Source: Nitrospinota bacterium
Lineage (GTDB): Bacteria; UBA8248
DNA length: 64,000 nt
Assembly (NCBI GenBank): GCA_036231405.1
Contig: JAZAHK010000003.1
Coordinates: forward strand, 96,001 to 160,000
Direction: 5' to 3'
The translations under genes were made by a program, and so were the position numbers. This document shows, one piece after another, positions 18,066 through 28,661 of the stretch (its first letter is position 1; the number at the start of each line of letters is the position of its first letter). Below the pieces are notes generated by a model that had not been told where the DNA came from, did no database searches, and saw nothing but the letters and a program-made list of their open reading frames with translations.

Positions 18066-19460
18066 ATGGAATACCGTGTTGAAACTGACAGCATGGGAGA
18101 AATCAACGTACCCACCGACAAATACTACGGAGCACAAACTGCTCGTTCCCTAATACACTTCAAGATAGGTCTTGATAGATTCCCAAGGGAAATAATAAGA
18201 GCGTTAGGTATTTTAAAAAAGGCAGCTGCTACCACTAACAAAGAACTAGGAACGCTCTCTTCAGAAAAAACAGAATTGATTGTAAAAGCTGCTGACGAAG
18301 TAATTAAAGGTGATTTAGATGAACATTTTCCACTTGCCGTATGGCAAACAGGTAGTGGAACACAAACAAATATGAACGCTAATGAAGTGATATCTAACAG
18401 AGCTATTGAACTTGCAGGGGGCGTGTTAGGATCTAAAGATCCAATTCATCCTAATGACGACGTAAACAAAGCACAATCGTCTAATGATACTTTTCCAACT
18501 GCCATGCATATTGCAGCTGCAGAGCAGATTAATAGTGTACTTATTCCAAGTCTAGAAAAATTAAAAGATACCCTTGAGAATAAATCTCAATCTTTCTCAG
18601 AAATTATTAAAATAGGTCGTACCCACATGATGGACGCTGTACCTTTAACCTTAGGACAAGAATTTTCTGGATACGTGGCTCAAATAAATAGCGGGATTAA
18701 CAGGATTAAAACTACTTTAGAACAAGGATTATATTATCTTGCTTTAGGTGGTACTGCAGTAGGAACCGGGATCAATTCCCATCCAAAATTTGCGAAAAAC
18801 TCCGCAAAAATAATTGCTGAGATTACAGGACTCCCTTTTGAAACTGCTCCAAATAAATTTGAATCACTCGCTACGAATGATGCTGTAGTTTTTGCAAGTG
18901 GGGCTTTAAAAACTTTAGCTACCTCTCTTATGAAAATCGCAAATGACATAAGATTACTCTCCTCAGGGCCTCGGAGTGGCATTGGAGAAATACTAATTCC
19001 AGAGAACGAACCAGGTAGTTCCATCATGCCTGGGAAGGTGAACCCTACTCAATGCGAGGCAATGACTATGGTTTGTGCACAAGTCCTTGGAAATGATGTA
19101 GCAGTCAATGTAGGTGGTTCTAATGGTCATCTTGAATTAAACGTCTTTAAACCAGTTATGATTTTTAATTTATTGAATTCAATACGTCTTTTGTCAGACG
19201 CAAGTCTCTCTTTTGAAGAACATTGCGCAAGGGGTATTCTTCCAAATGAAAAAAATATTGAAGCATATTTAAAAAATTCTTTGATGTTGGTTACTGCTCT
19301 CAATCCTGTCATTGGCTACGATAATGCTGCAAAAGTAGCAAAGAAAGCATTCCAAGAGGATATTACGTTATGTGAGGCTGTATTAGATCTAGAATTAATG
19401 ACCGAAGAAGAATTTAAAAATGTGGTCGACCCAAAAAAAATGATAGACCTTAAAGAATAG
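18066..19460 (+). CDS. fumC: Class II fumarate hydratase
   Basis: [45 protein letters not shown] favours the ATG at 18066 (ORF track gives 18048). Confidence 0.97.
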   Translation: MEYRVETDSMGEINVPTDKYYGAQTARSLIHFKIGLDRFPREIIRALGILKKAAATTNKELGTLSSEKTELIVKAADEVIKGDLDEHFPLAVWQTGSGTQTNMNANEVISNRAIELAGGVLGSKDPIHPNDDVNKAQSSNDTFPTAMHIAAAEQINSVLIPSLEKLKDTLENKSQSFSEIIKIGRTHMMDAVPLTLGQEFSGYVAQINSGINRIKTTLEQGLYYLALGGTAVGTGINSHPKFAKNSAKIIAEITGLPFETAPNKFESLATNDAVVFASGALKTLATSLMKIANDIRLLSSGPRSGIGEILIPENEPGSSIMPGKVNPTQCEAMTMVCAQVLGNDVAVNVGGSNGHLELNVFKPVMIFNLLNSIRLLSDASLSFEEHCARGILPNEKNIEAYLKNSLMLVTALNPVIGYDNAAKVAKKAFQEDITLCEAVLDLELMTEEEFKNVVDPKKMIDLKE

Positions 19461-20505
19461 TTTTGTTCTTTTTAAACCCTTTAAATGTAGTTTCTATTTT
19501 CTGTATATCCTGGATAAGATCAGGACCAATTTTCTGATCTCCTGTGGGTAGCATTCCTACATATATTGAATCAACCAAATTGCCAAAGTGATTTTTAATT
19601 TCGTTTGCAATATTTTCAAAGGTCCCTACAGCGGCAAAAAAACGCACAACATCATCATCAATTCTTTTCGTCATTTCGTCCCACTTTTTTTCTCTCGCCA
19701 AAGCATTAAGTTCATGACCCAAATCTAAGAGGTCATGTTCCTCTAAAACAGGCCAGTAATTTGGGGTCGAGCCATAAAAACCGATGCGCTGTCTAACTTC
19801 GTCTAAAGAACGAGAGACTTCTTCCTCGTTCCTCCCAGTTGCAATAAACCCACCACCCATAACCTCAAAATTCTCTCGCTTCTTGGCATTCTCAACTAAT
19901 GCATTGTCCAATAAAGGCAAAACTATTTTCTCCAAATATTGTACTGAACAGAAAGGGTGGAGTTTCACGCCATCTGCTACTTCACCAGCCAATTTCAACA
20001 TTTTCGGACCAACGGCAGAAATCGTGACTGGAATAGGCGGTTGTCCCGAAGATTCAGGAACGAATCTCGGAATCATAAGAGAAAAATTATAATGTTCCCC
20101 TTCAAAATTCAGTTTTCCTCCTTCAGTCCAACAGTTCCATATCGCTCTTAAAGAATTGACATATTCTCTCATTCTGGAAACGGGAGAAGACCACTTCACG
20201 CTAAACCTACGCTCGTTATGAGCTTTGACTTGAGGTCCTATTCCAAGGACAAATCTTCCTCCAGAGGCTTCTTGAAGATCCCAGCATGCGTTTGCAACTA
20301 CCATCGGACTTCTTGGAAAGGCAATCGCAATACCAGTTGTTAAAAGTATTTTCTTAGTAATGACTGAACTAATAGCTAATGGAAGAAACGGATCGTGAGC
20401 ATTCTCCATGGACAACAATCCATCGAATCCCTCTTTCTCATAGAACTTTGCAGAGGAATCCACTTTTTTTAAATTATCTTGTGGTAGCGTGGTATAGACT
20501 AGCAA
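19450..20505 (-). CDS. Luciferase-like monooxygenase family, probable F420-dependent oxidoreductase (TIGR03617-like)
   Basis: [54 protein letters not shown]. Confidence 0.85.
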   Translation of the reverse strand: MLVYTTLPQDNLKKVDSSAKFYEKEGFDGLLSMENAHDPFLPLAISSVITKKILLTTGIAIAFPRSPMVVANACWDLQEASGGRFVLGIGPQVKAHNERRFSVKWSSPVSRMREYVNSLRAIWNCWTEGGKLNFEGEHYNFSLMIPRFVPESSGQPPIPVTISAVGPKMLKLAGEVADGVKLHPFCSVQYLEKIVLPLLDNALVENAKKRENFEVMGGGFIATGRNEEEVSRSLDEVRQRIGFYGSTPNYWPVLEEHDLLDLGHELNALAREKKWDEMTKRIDDDVVRFFAAVGTFENIANEIKNHFGNLVDSIYVGMLPTGDQKIGPDLIQDIQKIETTFKGFKKNKTIL

Positions 20506-20572
20506 AAGGATAAGGATCCGATACGAGAGTAAAAGATGTGAAAATTACAAACTAATCTTCCTTGCATTCTAT

Positions 20573-23278
20573 CTAATCTTCTGACTGACTTTGTTTTAGT
20601 AACTGCCTCAAAACGTATTGTAAAATACCCTCGTTCTGGTAATACGCTAGTTCGTTTGGAGTATCAATTCGTACAATTGCATTAAAATCGACCTCTTTGT
20701 CAGAAGAGCTAGCTATAACACTAACTTCGTCTGCTTCCCCTTGGTTCAGACCGATAATCGAAAAGATCTCTTCTCCTGTGAGACCAAGACTATCGGCATT
20801 TTCACCAGACTTAAATTGTAAGGGTAAAACTCCCATTCCTATCAAATTTGACCTATGTATACGTTCAAAGCTCTGCGCAATAACTGCCTTAACTCCCAAT
20901 AACCGGGAACCTTTTGCAGCCCAATCCCTTGATGAACCCGTACCATATTCTTTCCCTGCAAGTACAATTAATGATGTTGAATCTTCCTTATATCTATTAG
21001 CAGCTTCAAAAATATCTAAAACTTCACCAGTAGGGAAATACTTAGTAAAACCACCTTCTGTACCAGGAGCAAGTTGATTTCTAAGCCTTACATTAGCGAA
21101 TGTTCCACGCATCATCACTTCATGATTCCCTCTTCTGGATCCATAACTATTAAAATTGTCAGGAAGGACATCATTCATTACAAGGAATTGACCGCCAGGA
21201 CTATCTTTCTTTATTGAACCAGCTGGTGAAATATGATCAGTTGTTATCGAATCTCCAAGTAAAGCAAGACATCTCGCATTAGTAATTTCTGAAACAGGTT
21301 CTGGTTCTTTTTTCATCCCGTCAAAATAAGGAGCCTTACGAACATAGGTTGACATATCATCCCAAGAATATTGACTACCTTCAGGAGTAGAAATCCCCTG
21401 CCATGACAAATCTCCGGTAAAGACATCTCCATAAGATTTTTCAAAAAGATCAGATTTAACGCTACTGACTAAAACTTCTTGCAGTTCTTCCTGAGAAGGC
21501 CATATATCTTTTAAGTATATTTCTTCACCATCTGAATTATTCCCCAGCGGCTCAGAGGAAAAATCAATATCTACTGTGCCAGCTAAAGCATAAGCCACAA
21601 CCAATGGAGGAGACGCTAGAAAGCTCATCCTAACTTCTGCATGAACACGTCCTTCAAAATTTCTATTTCCAGATAAGACAGAAGAAACAACTAAATTTTC
21701 ATCTGCAATCGCCTTAGAGATCGGCTGAGATAACGGTCCGGAATTACCTATACATGTAGTACATCCATACCCTACAACATTAAATCCTAATTCTTCTAAA
21801 TATTTATAAAGACCCGATTTATTTAAATACTCTGTTACTACTTTAGAACCAGGAGCTAAACTTGTCTTAACCCACGGATGAGTCATTAATCCGGCTTCAA
21901 CAGCTTTCTTCGCAAGGATTCCTGCAGCAAGCATGACAGATGGATTAGATGTGTTTGTACAACTTGTTATAGCGGCAATTACTACTGAACCATGACCTAA
22001 ATCAAATGAATGACCATTATCTTTTATCGATCTTGATGCAGTTCTAGAAACTGAGGTCTCCTTAGAGGAAGAAATCTCCTCTAGAATCTTGTCTAATTCA
22101 CTAGTTATTTTTGTTTTAGAATCTTTTAAAGAAATACGATCTTGAGGTCGTTTAGGTCCAGAAATACTTGGCTCAACGTCAGAAAGATCTAACTCTATTA
22201 CATCGGTGTATGAAGGATCAAGAGAGGAGTCATCCCAAAACATACTTTGTTCCCGCGAATAGGCCTCTACTAAGTCAATTTGTTCTTTTGATCTTCCAGT
22301 CAGTTCTAGATATTTGATAGTTTCTTTATCGATTGGAAAAATACCACAAGTAGCCCCGTACTCAGGCGCCATATTTGAAATTGTAGCTCTATTGGCAAGC
22401 GGCAAAGAAGACATTCCGGAACCAAAAAACTCTACGAATTTTCCTACAACTCCTCTTTTCCTAAGAATTTCTACGATAACTAGAACTAGATCTGTTGCCG
22501 TTGTTCCTTCAGATAATTCTCCAGTAAGACGAAATCCTATAACTTCAGGTATTAACATCGAATAATGTTGCCCAAGCATTGCAGCTTCAGCTTCAATTCC
22601 TCCAACACCCCAACCTAAAACACCAATACCATTAATCATGGTAGTATGAGAATCAGTACCTACTACAGTATCTGGGAAAGAAAATCTTGAACCATTTATG
22701 TCTCTTACAGAAACAACATCTGCTAAATACTCCAGGTTCACCTGATGAACAATTCCTGTAGCAGGAGGAACTACACGGAAATTATTAAAGGCACTTTGTG
22801 CCCAACGCATAAAGGAATAACGCTCAGTATTTCTCTCAAATTCTATATTTGAATTAAAATCAACTGCTTCCTTTGTTCCATACTTATCAACCTGAACCGA
22901 GTGATCAATAACCAAATCAACTGGCTGAATAGGATTTATAAGATTTGGATCCCCTCCAAGCATTTCCATAGCATCACGCATAGACGCTAAATCAACAACA
23001 ACTGGAACACCAGTAAAGTCTTGCAACAAAACACGGCTAGGCATAAAACCTATTTCACTACTTTCTTTAGCATTGGGATCCCAATTTAATAGATTTTCTA
23101 TGTCACCTGATTTTACAGACACTCCGTCCTCATTACGTAGTAGATTCTCTAACAAAATTTTCAAAGCAAAAGGTAACTTTGTAAAATCTCCCTTGTCTTT
23201 TAGAGCATCTAACCTAAAGAGTTCGTATGAATTTGAACCCACGTTGAATTCAGATCGGGAATTAAAACTGTTTTTCAT
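20573..23278 (-). CDS. acnA: Aconitate hydratase A
   Basis: [60 protein letters not shown]; start MKNSF at 23278. Confidence 0.98.
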   Translation of the reverse strand: MKNSFNSRSEFNVGSNSYELFRLDALKDKGDFTKLPFALKILLENLLRNEDGVSVKSGDIENLLNWDPNAKESSEIGFMPSRVLLQDFTGVPVVVDLASMRDAMEMLGGDPNLINPIQPVDLVIDHSVQVDKYGTKEAVDFNSNIEFERNTERYSFMRWAQSAFNNFRVVPPATGIVHQVNLEYLADVVSVRDINGSRFSFPDTVVGTDSHTTMINGIGVLGWGVGGIEAEAAMLGQHYSMLIPEVIGFRLTGELSEGTTATDLVLVIVEILRKRGVVGKFVEFFGSGMSSLPLANRATISNMAPEYGATCGIFPIDKETIKYLELTGRSKEQIDLVEAYSREQSMFWDDSSLDPSYTDVIELDLSDVEPSISGPKRPQDRISLKDSKTKITSELDKILEEISSSKETSVSRTASRSIKDNGHSFDLGHGSVVIAAITSCTNTSNPSVMLAAGILAKKAVEAGLMTHPWVKTSLAPGSKVVTEYLNKSGLYKYLEELGFNVVGYGCTTCIGNSGPLSQPISKAIADENLVVSSVLSGNRNFEGRVHAEVRMSFLASPPLVVAYALAGTVDIDFSSEPLGNNSDGEEIYLKDIWPSQEELQEVLVSSVKSDLFEKSYGDVFTGDLSWQGISTPEGSQYSWDDMSTYVRKAPYFDGMKKEPEPVSEITNARCLALLGDSITTDHISPAGSIKKDSPGGQFLVMNDVLPDNFNSYGSRRGNHEVMMRGTFANVRLRNQLAPGTEGGFTKYFPTGEVLDIFEAANRYKEDSTSLIVLAGKEYGTGSSRDWAAKGSRLLGVKAVIAQSFERIHRSNLIGMGVLPLQFKSGENADSLGLTGEEIFSIIGLNQGEADEVSVIASSSDKEVDFNAIVRIDTPNELAYYQNEGILQYVLRQLLKQSQSED

Positions 23279-23381
23279 AAAATTTCTCCAAAAACACAAA
23301 AAGAACTTATAAAACCTACACTCAAATGAGAAGGGAACACGTTAACACAGGCTATAAAAAGAGTGTAGTCTTGAAAAAGAG

Positions 23382-23834
23382 TTATTCAAAAATAGGGAAA
23401 ATATTCTTCTCTGCGGGAGTATCTGAGATCATATAGGTAGCAGTAGCAAAGGCAACAGAACGATCCTCTTCATCAGTAACTTTCACCTGCCAGACTGAAG
23501 TTTTACGTCCTCTATGTAATGGACTGGATTCAGCAAGAATATATCCCGAAGACACGGGACGTATAAAATTTACTTTCATCTCAAGAGTTACTAAATTTTG
23601 TCCAGGGTAACTTAAATGTGCTGCAACTCCTCCGGTACTATCCATCAAAGTGAATATAGCACCTCCGTGCAAGATCCCTGTTGGTTGCAATACTTCCGAT
23701 TTTAAGCGAAGACGCATTTTTGCAAAATCTTTGCTTGCATCTAAAAATTCAATACCAACAAATTCATTGAAATTACCAGACCATCGTTTTTTAAGAAAAT
23801 TACTGACTTCATTTTTGAACAACTCTGAAGACAC
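23382..23834 (-). CDS. PaaI family thioesterase
   Basis: QPTGILHGGAIFTLMD, NFIRP, HRGRKTSVW. Confidence 0.9.
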   Translation of the reverse strand: MSSELFKNEVSNFLKKRWSGNFNEFVGIEFLDASKDFAKMRLRLKSEVLQPTGILHGGAIFTLMDSTGGVAAHLSYPGQNLVTLEMKVNFIRPVSSGYILAESSPLHRGRKTSVWQVKVTDEEDRSVAFATATYMISDTPAEKNIFPIFE

Positions 23835-23872
23835 ACGTACTCCAAAACTTTATATATAATATCTTTTATCCT

Positions 23873-24727
23873 CTACCAATCCCAAAACATAGTATACGCC
23901 CTACCTAAAACCGGAGACCTTTCTTCCCATTCTATAACAATTCGATTGCTCTCGATATCAAAGTTTGGATACAAACGTCTCTTGTTGAAACTATTGGAAG
24001 CTCCATCAGATTCTTCTCTTCTAACACCAACAGGCTTTCTTTCAAAAGGAAGAATTAGTGAAAGTTTAAATGATTCTGTTGGATATTCCACAACTAGAGT
24101 AACCCATTCATTTCTAGAATTAAACGTGTTTAATAAATGAATTTCCTCTTGAATTTCAAAGGAATCCCCCTCTCTCAGAGGCACTGGTAAAGAAAGACAC
24201 ACAGAAGAATCTACACTTGTCATTTTATCTGCCTTAAATTCAACTTCTCTCCATTCTTCACACTCTCCTGAACCATTATTCACAGTTCTGTATTTATAAA
24301 CCACTGAACGATCTCCCGTACCTGTATGACATCTAGACCTAATATCCGAGAGATCTCTTAGTGCAGAGCAATTACGTTTACTAATCATCTTTGCTTTTTT
24401 ACCCTTCACATCTGAAATCGTGTATTCTCTCTCATCCATATTAATCTGATAATCATAAAGTTCTAATTTGTCTTTATCAGTTGAATGGACTTCGAGTTGA
24501 TCTAACAGAAGCAATTTGTCTTCTACAGATTGCAATCTCTCAAGAATTACCCTCTGATGCGCAATAAATTCTTGGAGCTCCAATCTTAATTTGTCAATTC
24601 TTTCATCTTTTTCTAACATGAAAAACATACCTCTAAACACATCAGAATATGCTGAATAGTCAAAAAATAAAAAATCCTTGGGAGATTGTAGCACCTCTAA
24701 CATTTTCTTTAAATTATCATCAGTCAA
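23873..24727 (-). CDS. Hypothetical protein (N-terminal coiled coil, beta-rich C-terminal domain)
   Basis: 284-codon ORF filling the gap between rlmN and the thioesterase on the same strand; RBS-supported alternative start at 24619. Confidence 0.8.
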   Translation of the reverse strand: MTDDNLKKMLEVLQSPKDFLFFDYSAYSDVFRGMFFMLEKDERIDKLRLELQEFIAHQRVILERLQSVEDKLLLLDQLEVHSTDKDKLELYDYQINMDEREYTISDVKGKKAKMISKRNCSALRDLSDIRSRCHTGTGDRSVVYKYRTVNNGSGECEEWREVEFKADKMTSVDSSVCLSLPVPLREGDSFEIQEEIHLLNTFNSRNEWVTLVVEYPTESFKLSLILPFERKPVGVRREESDGASNSFNKRRLYPNFDIESNRIVIEWEERSPVLGRAYTMFWDW

Positions 24728-24772
24728 AAGGAATTAATGACTCTCCAAACCTTCTTGTATTTAAAAATTGCA

Positions 24773-25891
24773 TTATTTTCTACTTTCCAAAATCGATTTA
24801 TCTGCCAATTGACCACACGCTGCACTTATATCAGTTCCTTTACTTCTTCTGATAGTTGTTACAAAACCATTTCTTTTAAGTATCTCTTGGAATTTTTTCA
24901 CATCCGATTCATTGGGACTTTCATAATCGACTCCTTCAAAATGATTCCAAGAAATAAGATTAATTTTAGATTGGATTCCCTTTAGAATTTTAGCTAACTG
25001 CACCGCGTCTTTCTCAGAATCATTGATACCTTTGAGCAACACATATTCAAAGGTTACCCTTTTTATATCGTTATTAGATAAATTTCTACACACAGAAAGA
25101 AGAGATGACAAATTCCATTTTTTGTTAACTGGCACAAGCTTAGAACGAGTCAAATCATTAGAAGCATGTAAAGAAATAGCAAGACGAGTATCTGGGAGCA
25201 AATTCAATAAATCTTCAAGCTTATCTGAAATTCCAACGGTTGATACGGTTAGTTTTTTCCTCGAGACTCCTTGAAAATAAGGGGCTGTTAGAATTTTTGC
25301 TGCTCTTACGATTTCATCAAAATTATCCAATGGCTCTCCCATCCCCATAAAAACAATATTATGGAACCTTTCATTTTTTCCTAATCTACGCTTTGCCGCT
25401 AAAAACTGTTCGACAATCTCTCCAGAAGAGAGTTGACGAACAAAACCCATTTTTCCAGTCAAACAAAATTTACAACCCATGGCACAACCTACCTGAGTCG
25501 AAATACAAATAGACGATCTCTTTACATTTCCTCCATGTATCATGGGAATTCTTACACTTTCTATAATTGAATTATCTGCTAAAACCCAAGAATATTTCTC
25601 GGTGCCATCAATAGATGTCTGTGTCTTTGCAGTTGCAAATCTTCCTATCTTAGCAATTTTCAGAAGTTTTTCACGAAAAGAGTTAGGCAAATTCAACATA
25701 CGATCAAAAGAAATTTCGTCAATATTGTATATCCAAGTAAATAATTGTTTCCCTCTATAGCTTGGCTCACCCAATTCCACACACAAGGTTTCTAATTCTT
25801 CTAGTTCCATCCCCTTTAAGTCTATTAAACTAGGTTCAGAAGCTTTGGAATATGGATTTAGCTGCATAAATTCCGACAAATCGATTTTCAT
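24773..25891 (-). CDS. rlmN: 23S rRNA/tRNA adenine C2-methyltransferase RlmN
   Basis: CISTQVGCAMGCKFC radical SAM motif, MGMGEP, ISLH, EYVLL.GIND, AACGQL. Confidence 0.96.
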   Translation of the reverse strand: MKIDLSEFMQLNPYSKASEPSLIDLKGMELEELETLCVELGEPSYRGKQLFTWIYNIDEISFDRMLNLPNSFREKLLKIAKIGRFATAKTQTSIDGTEKYSWVLADNSIIESVRIPMIHGGNVKRSSICISTQVGCAMGCKFCLTGKMGFVRQLSSGEIVEQFLAAKRRLGKNERFHNIVFMGMGEPLDNFDEIVRAAKILTAPYFQGVSRKKLTVSTVGISDKLEDLLNLLPDTRLAISLHASNDLTRSKLVPVNKKWNLSSLLSVCRNLSNNDIKRVTFEYVLLKGINDSEKDAVQLAKILKGIQSKINLISWNHFEGVDYESPNESDVKKFQEILKRNGFVTTIRRSKGTDISAACGQLADKSILESRK

Positions 25892-25961
25892 TAAAAGTCC
25901 TTAAATGATATGTTCCTTTCAGCTATGTGAAATACACTTCTAATTTTCGGAATCTTTCAAA

Positions 25962-26597
25962 ATGACAATACGCGCAATCTTATTCGATCACGATGGAACT
26001 CTAGTTGACAGCTACGAAGGAATTGCAAAATCGTTACAATTGACCTGCAAAGATATTCATAAACCTACCTTAAATCAAAATGAAATTCTAGCATCGATAG
26101 GACCCACTTTAGAAAAAAGATTTAAAGAATTATGGGGAGAGAAAATAGGAGAGAAAGCAGTCCCTATATACAGAAAACACTACAAACAACATTTCATTCA
26201 TGGAACAAAGATACTTCCAAAGGTAGAAAGTACGATATTAACTTTAAAATCAAAAAAATATTTACTAGGGTGCATAACTAACAAAACATATTCCTATGCA
26301 AAAAAACAGCTAATCCATTTTAGACTCTTTGACAAAATGGAAGTTGTATATGGAAATCTCCAAGGCTTTCAGCCCAAACCAAATCCAGAGATGATTGAAG
26401 CAGCTTTAAAAAAATTAAAAGTATCCAGAGAAGAAACAGTTTTAATAGGAGATACTCCTATTGATATTCTCGCTGCAAAGGCTTCAGGTATTCAATCCTG
26501 GGCGATTCTTGGAAAATACGCATCTGAAGAATCCATTCAAAATGCAAATCCTGACAAAATATTATTTGAATTTGACGAGATACTTCATCTTCTTTAA
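25962..26597 (+). CDS. HAD family hydrolase (phosphoglycolate phosphatase-like)
   Basis: FDHDGTLVDS, TNK, KPNP, IGDTPID. Confidence 0.9.
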   Translation: MTIRAILFDHDGTLVDSYEGIAKSLQLTCKDIHKPTLNQNEILASIGPTLEKRFKELWGEKIGEKAVPIYRKHYKQHFIHGTKILPKVESTILTLKSKKYLLGCITNKTYSYAKKQLIHFRLFDKMEVVYGNLQGFQPKPNPEMIEAALKKLKVSREETVLIGDTPIDILAAKASGIQSWAILGKYASEESIQNANPDKILFEFDEILHLL

Positions 26598-26632
26598 TTT
26601 AGGGATAACTCGCATATAGACTGGAAGATAAA

Positions 26633-27301
26633 TTGAATAGAAAAATTCAAAAAAAGATTCTTGTTTTGATAAAGGATCTGGAATCTAGGTACGGCAGACC
26701 TAAAAACGATCGAAATTTTGAACTCTTAGACGTTTTAATTGAAACTTTGTTGTCTCAAAGTACGACGGACCATAATAGAGATTTAGCTTTTACAAACTTA
26801 AAAAAAACTTTTCCTGATTGGGAACTCGTTAACAAAGCAAGCGAAAAAAAAGTATCAATGGCCATCCGTTCTGCAGGATTAGGAAACCAAAAAGCAAAAA
26901 GAATCAAATCATTCCTGAAATTCTTAAAAAGAGATTATGGATTTCTAAGTCTTGAATTTCTAAAAAAAAAAGATACTCAATTTTGCGTTGATTTTTTAAC
27001 GAAGCATAAAGGCATCGGCATAAAAACTGCCTATGTATCTCTTATGCTAGCTGCAAATAGAGATGTATTTCCGATCGATGTGCATATACACCGCATTATG
27101 CAGAGATTAACAATCATTCCTAAAAAAACAACTGCAGAGAAATCTCATTCCATTTTAGCACCTTATATTCCAAAATTAAGAGCTCACGAGTTTCATATGA
27201 ATCTCCTTACATTTGGAAGAAATATTTGCAAATCACAGAATCCTAAATGCGGAGAGTGTAACTTCAATAAAATATGCAATTATTTTCTTGAAAAGAAGTA
27301 A
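26633..27301 (+). CDS. nth: Endonuclease III family HhH-GPD DNA glycosylase
   Basis: LLSQSTTD, GIGIKTA, FPIDVH, C-x6-C-x2-C-x5-C Fe-S motif. Confidence 0.88.
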   Translation: MNRKIQKKILVLIKDLESRYGRPKNDRNFELLDVLIETLLSQSTTDHNRDLAFTNLKKTFPDWELVNKASEKKVSMAIRSAGLGNQKAKRIKSFLKFLKRDYGFLSLEFLKKKDTQFCVDFLTKHKGIGIKTAYVSLMLAANRDVFPIDVHIHRIMQRLTIIPKKTTAEKSHSILAPYIPKLRAHEFHMNLLTFGRNICKSQNPKCGECNFNKICNYFLEKK

Positions 27302-27336
27302 TAATTTTCTAATTTAGGGAAAAGGAAAAGACTAAA

Positions 27337-28218
27337 GTGAGTCTAATTGGACAGGGAGAATTAATGGCAATTACTTCTTCCATTGTTTTTGGATTCACAC
27401 AAATACTGGTTCGTCAGGGAATTCAAAATGCAAGTCCCGTCGCAGCGGCATTGATTATGAATTCCATGGTATCAGTTGGAGGACTCTGCATTGCGATTGT
27501 TTCCGGAACACTGATAAATTCAACTTTACCTCCAATTCTTTGGTACTTAGTCATAGGGATTACAGGACCAGGGATAGCCAGAGTCATGTACTATATTGGG
27601 ATTTCAAGAATGGGGGTTAGTAGGACTGCAGGAATTTCTTCCGCTACCCCTATATGGGGAGTAATTTTTGCGACTATTTTTTTAGGAGAATCTCCAAACA
27701 CACAGATAATTTTAGGAACTTTAGCGGTTGTCTTTGGAGTAGGTGTCCTTAGTCTTCAGGATGACGATTCTAAAAGCTTCAAGAACTGGTTCCAAACAGC
27801 GATTTTTTTTGCGTTGATTGCATCAATTGCCTACGCGATACCACCTATCCTTGTAAAGTTTGCTTATAAATATCAGTCAACACCAGCAGTTGGGATGTTT
27901 TTCTCCTTCGCCATGGGTAATATAGTTCTATTTTCCTGGAGAAAGGTTTTGCCTGAAAAAGGACTCATAAAATCAAATAAAAAAGGATTGCTAATTTTGA
28001 TAATTGCCGGATTTGGAGGAATAACCAGTTCCTGGTTTTTATGGAATGCGTTCTCTATTGCAGATATCAGTACTACTCTACCACTAAGCAGAACCGCTCC
28101 TATATGGGTCGTAATTTTTAGTAGAATATTTCTAGGAAAAACTGAAATTATAAACGCAAAAATTTGGGGAGGAACAGTGCTCGTTGTCCTAGGCGGAATA
28201 GCTATAGTTGTGTCCTGA
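27337..28218 (+). CDS. EamA/DMT family transporter
   Basis: About 10 hydrophobic helices in two repeats, each ending P.W..IF..IFLG. Confidence 0.88.
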   Translation: MSLIGQGELMAITSSIVFGFTQILVRQGIQNASPVAAALIMNSMVSVGGLCIAIVSGTLINSTLPPILWYLVIGITGPGIARVMYYIGISRMGVSRTAGISSATPIWGVIFATIFLGESPNTQIILGTLAVVFGVGVLSLQDDDSKSFKNWFQTAIFFALIASIAYAIPPILVKFAYKYQSTPAVGMFFSFAMGNIVLFSWRKVLPEKGLIKSNKKGLLILIIAGFGGITSSWFLWNAFSIADISTTLPLSRTAPIWVVIFSRIFLGKTEIINAKIWGGTVLVVLGGIAIVVS

Positions 28219-28252
28219 AAATATATTCTAAATTAATTGTTTTTTTACAAGC

Positions 28253-28651
28253 CTATTTCTTTTGACAAAGTTCTATTCGAATATTTTCGGGTCCACATAT
28301 AAAAGCTATCGTTCTTCCACCCACTCCCGAAGCTTCGGGTTCAACAATAAAACTAGCACCTCGAGATCGAAGTATATTTGCGGATTCTACAACATCTTCT
28401 ACCTCTAATCCAAAATGATCTAACCCCTGAACAAGTTCTGGAGAAGATGCATCTGGTTCCTCTCCAGGCCGAATTCCTCTTATAAAAACCCTCAATCCAC
28501 CAAATTCGACAACTGCATTGGGAGCACCTTTTAGATTTTCCTCATAACTCAAAACTTTCGCCAAAAATAGACGCTGAAAAAACGAAGACATAACGTCAAC
28601 ATCTTTACTAACAATATGTACGTGATCTAGTCGAAAACTCATTTTCTGCAA
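28253..28651 (-). CDS. VOC (glyoxalase) family protein
   Basis: LDHVHI, LDHFGLEV, AFI.GPENIRIEL; start may be 28642. Confidence 0.88.
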   Translation of the reverse strand: MQKMSFRLDHVHIVSKDVDVMSSFFQRLFLAKVLSYEENLKGAPNAVVEFGGLRVFIRGIRPGEEPDASSPELVQGLDHFGLEVEDVVESANILRSRGASFIVEPEASGVGGRTIAFICGPENIRIELCQKK

Positions 28652-28661
28652 AAGCTCCTTT

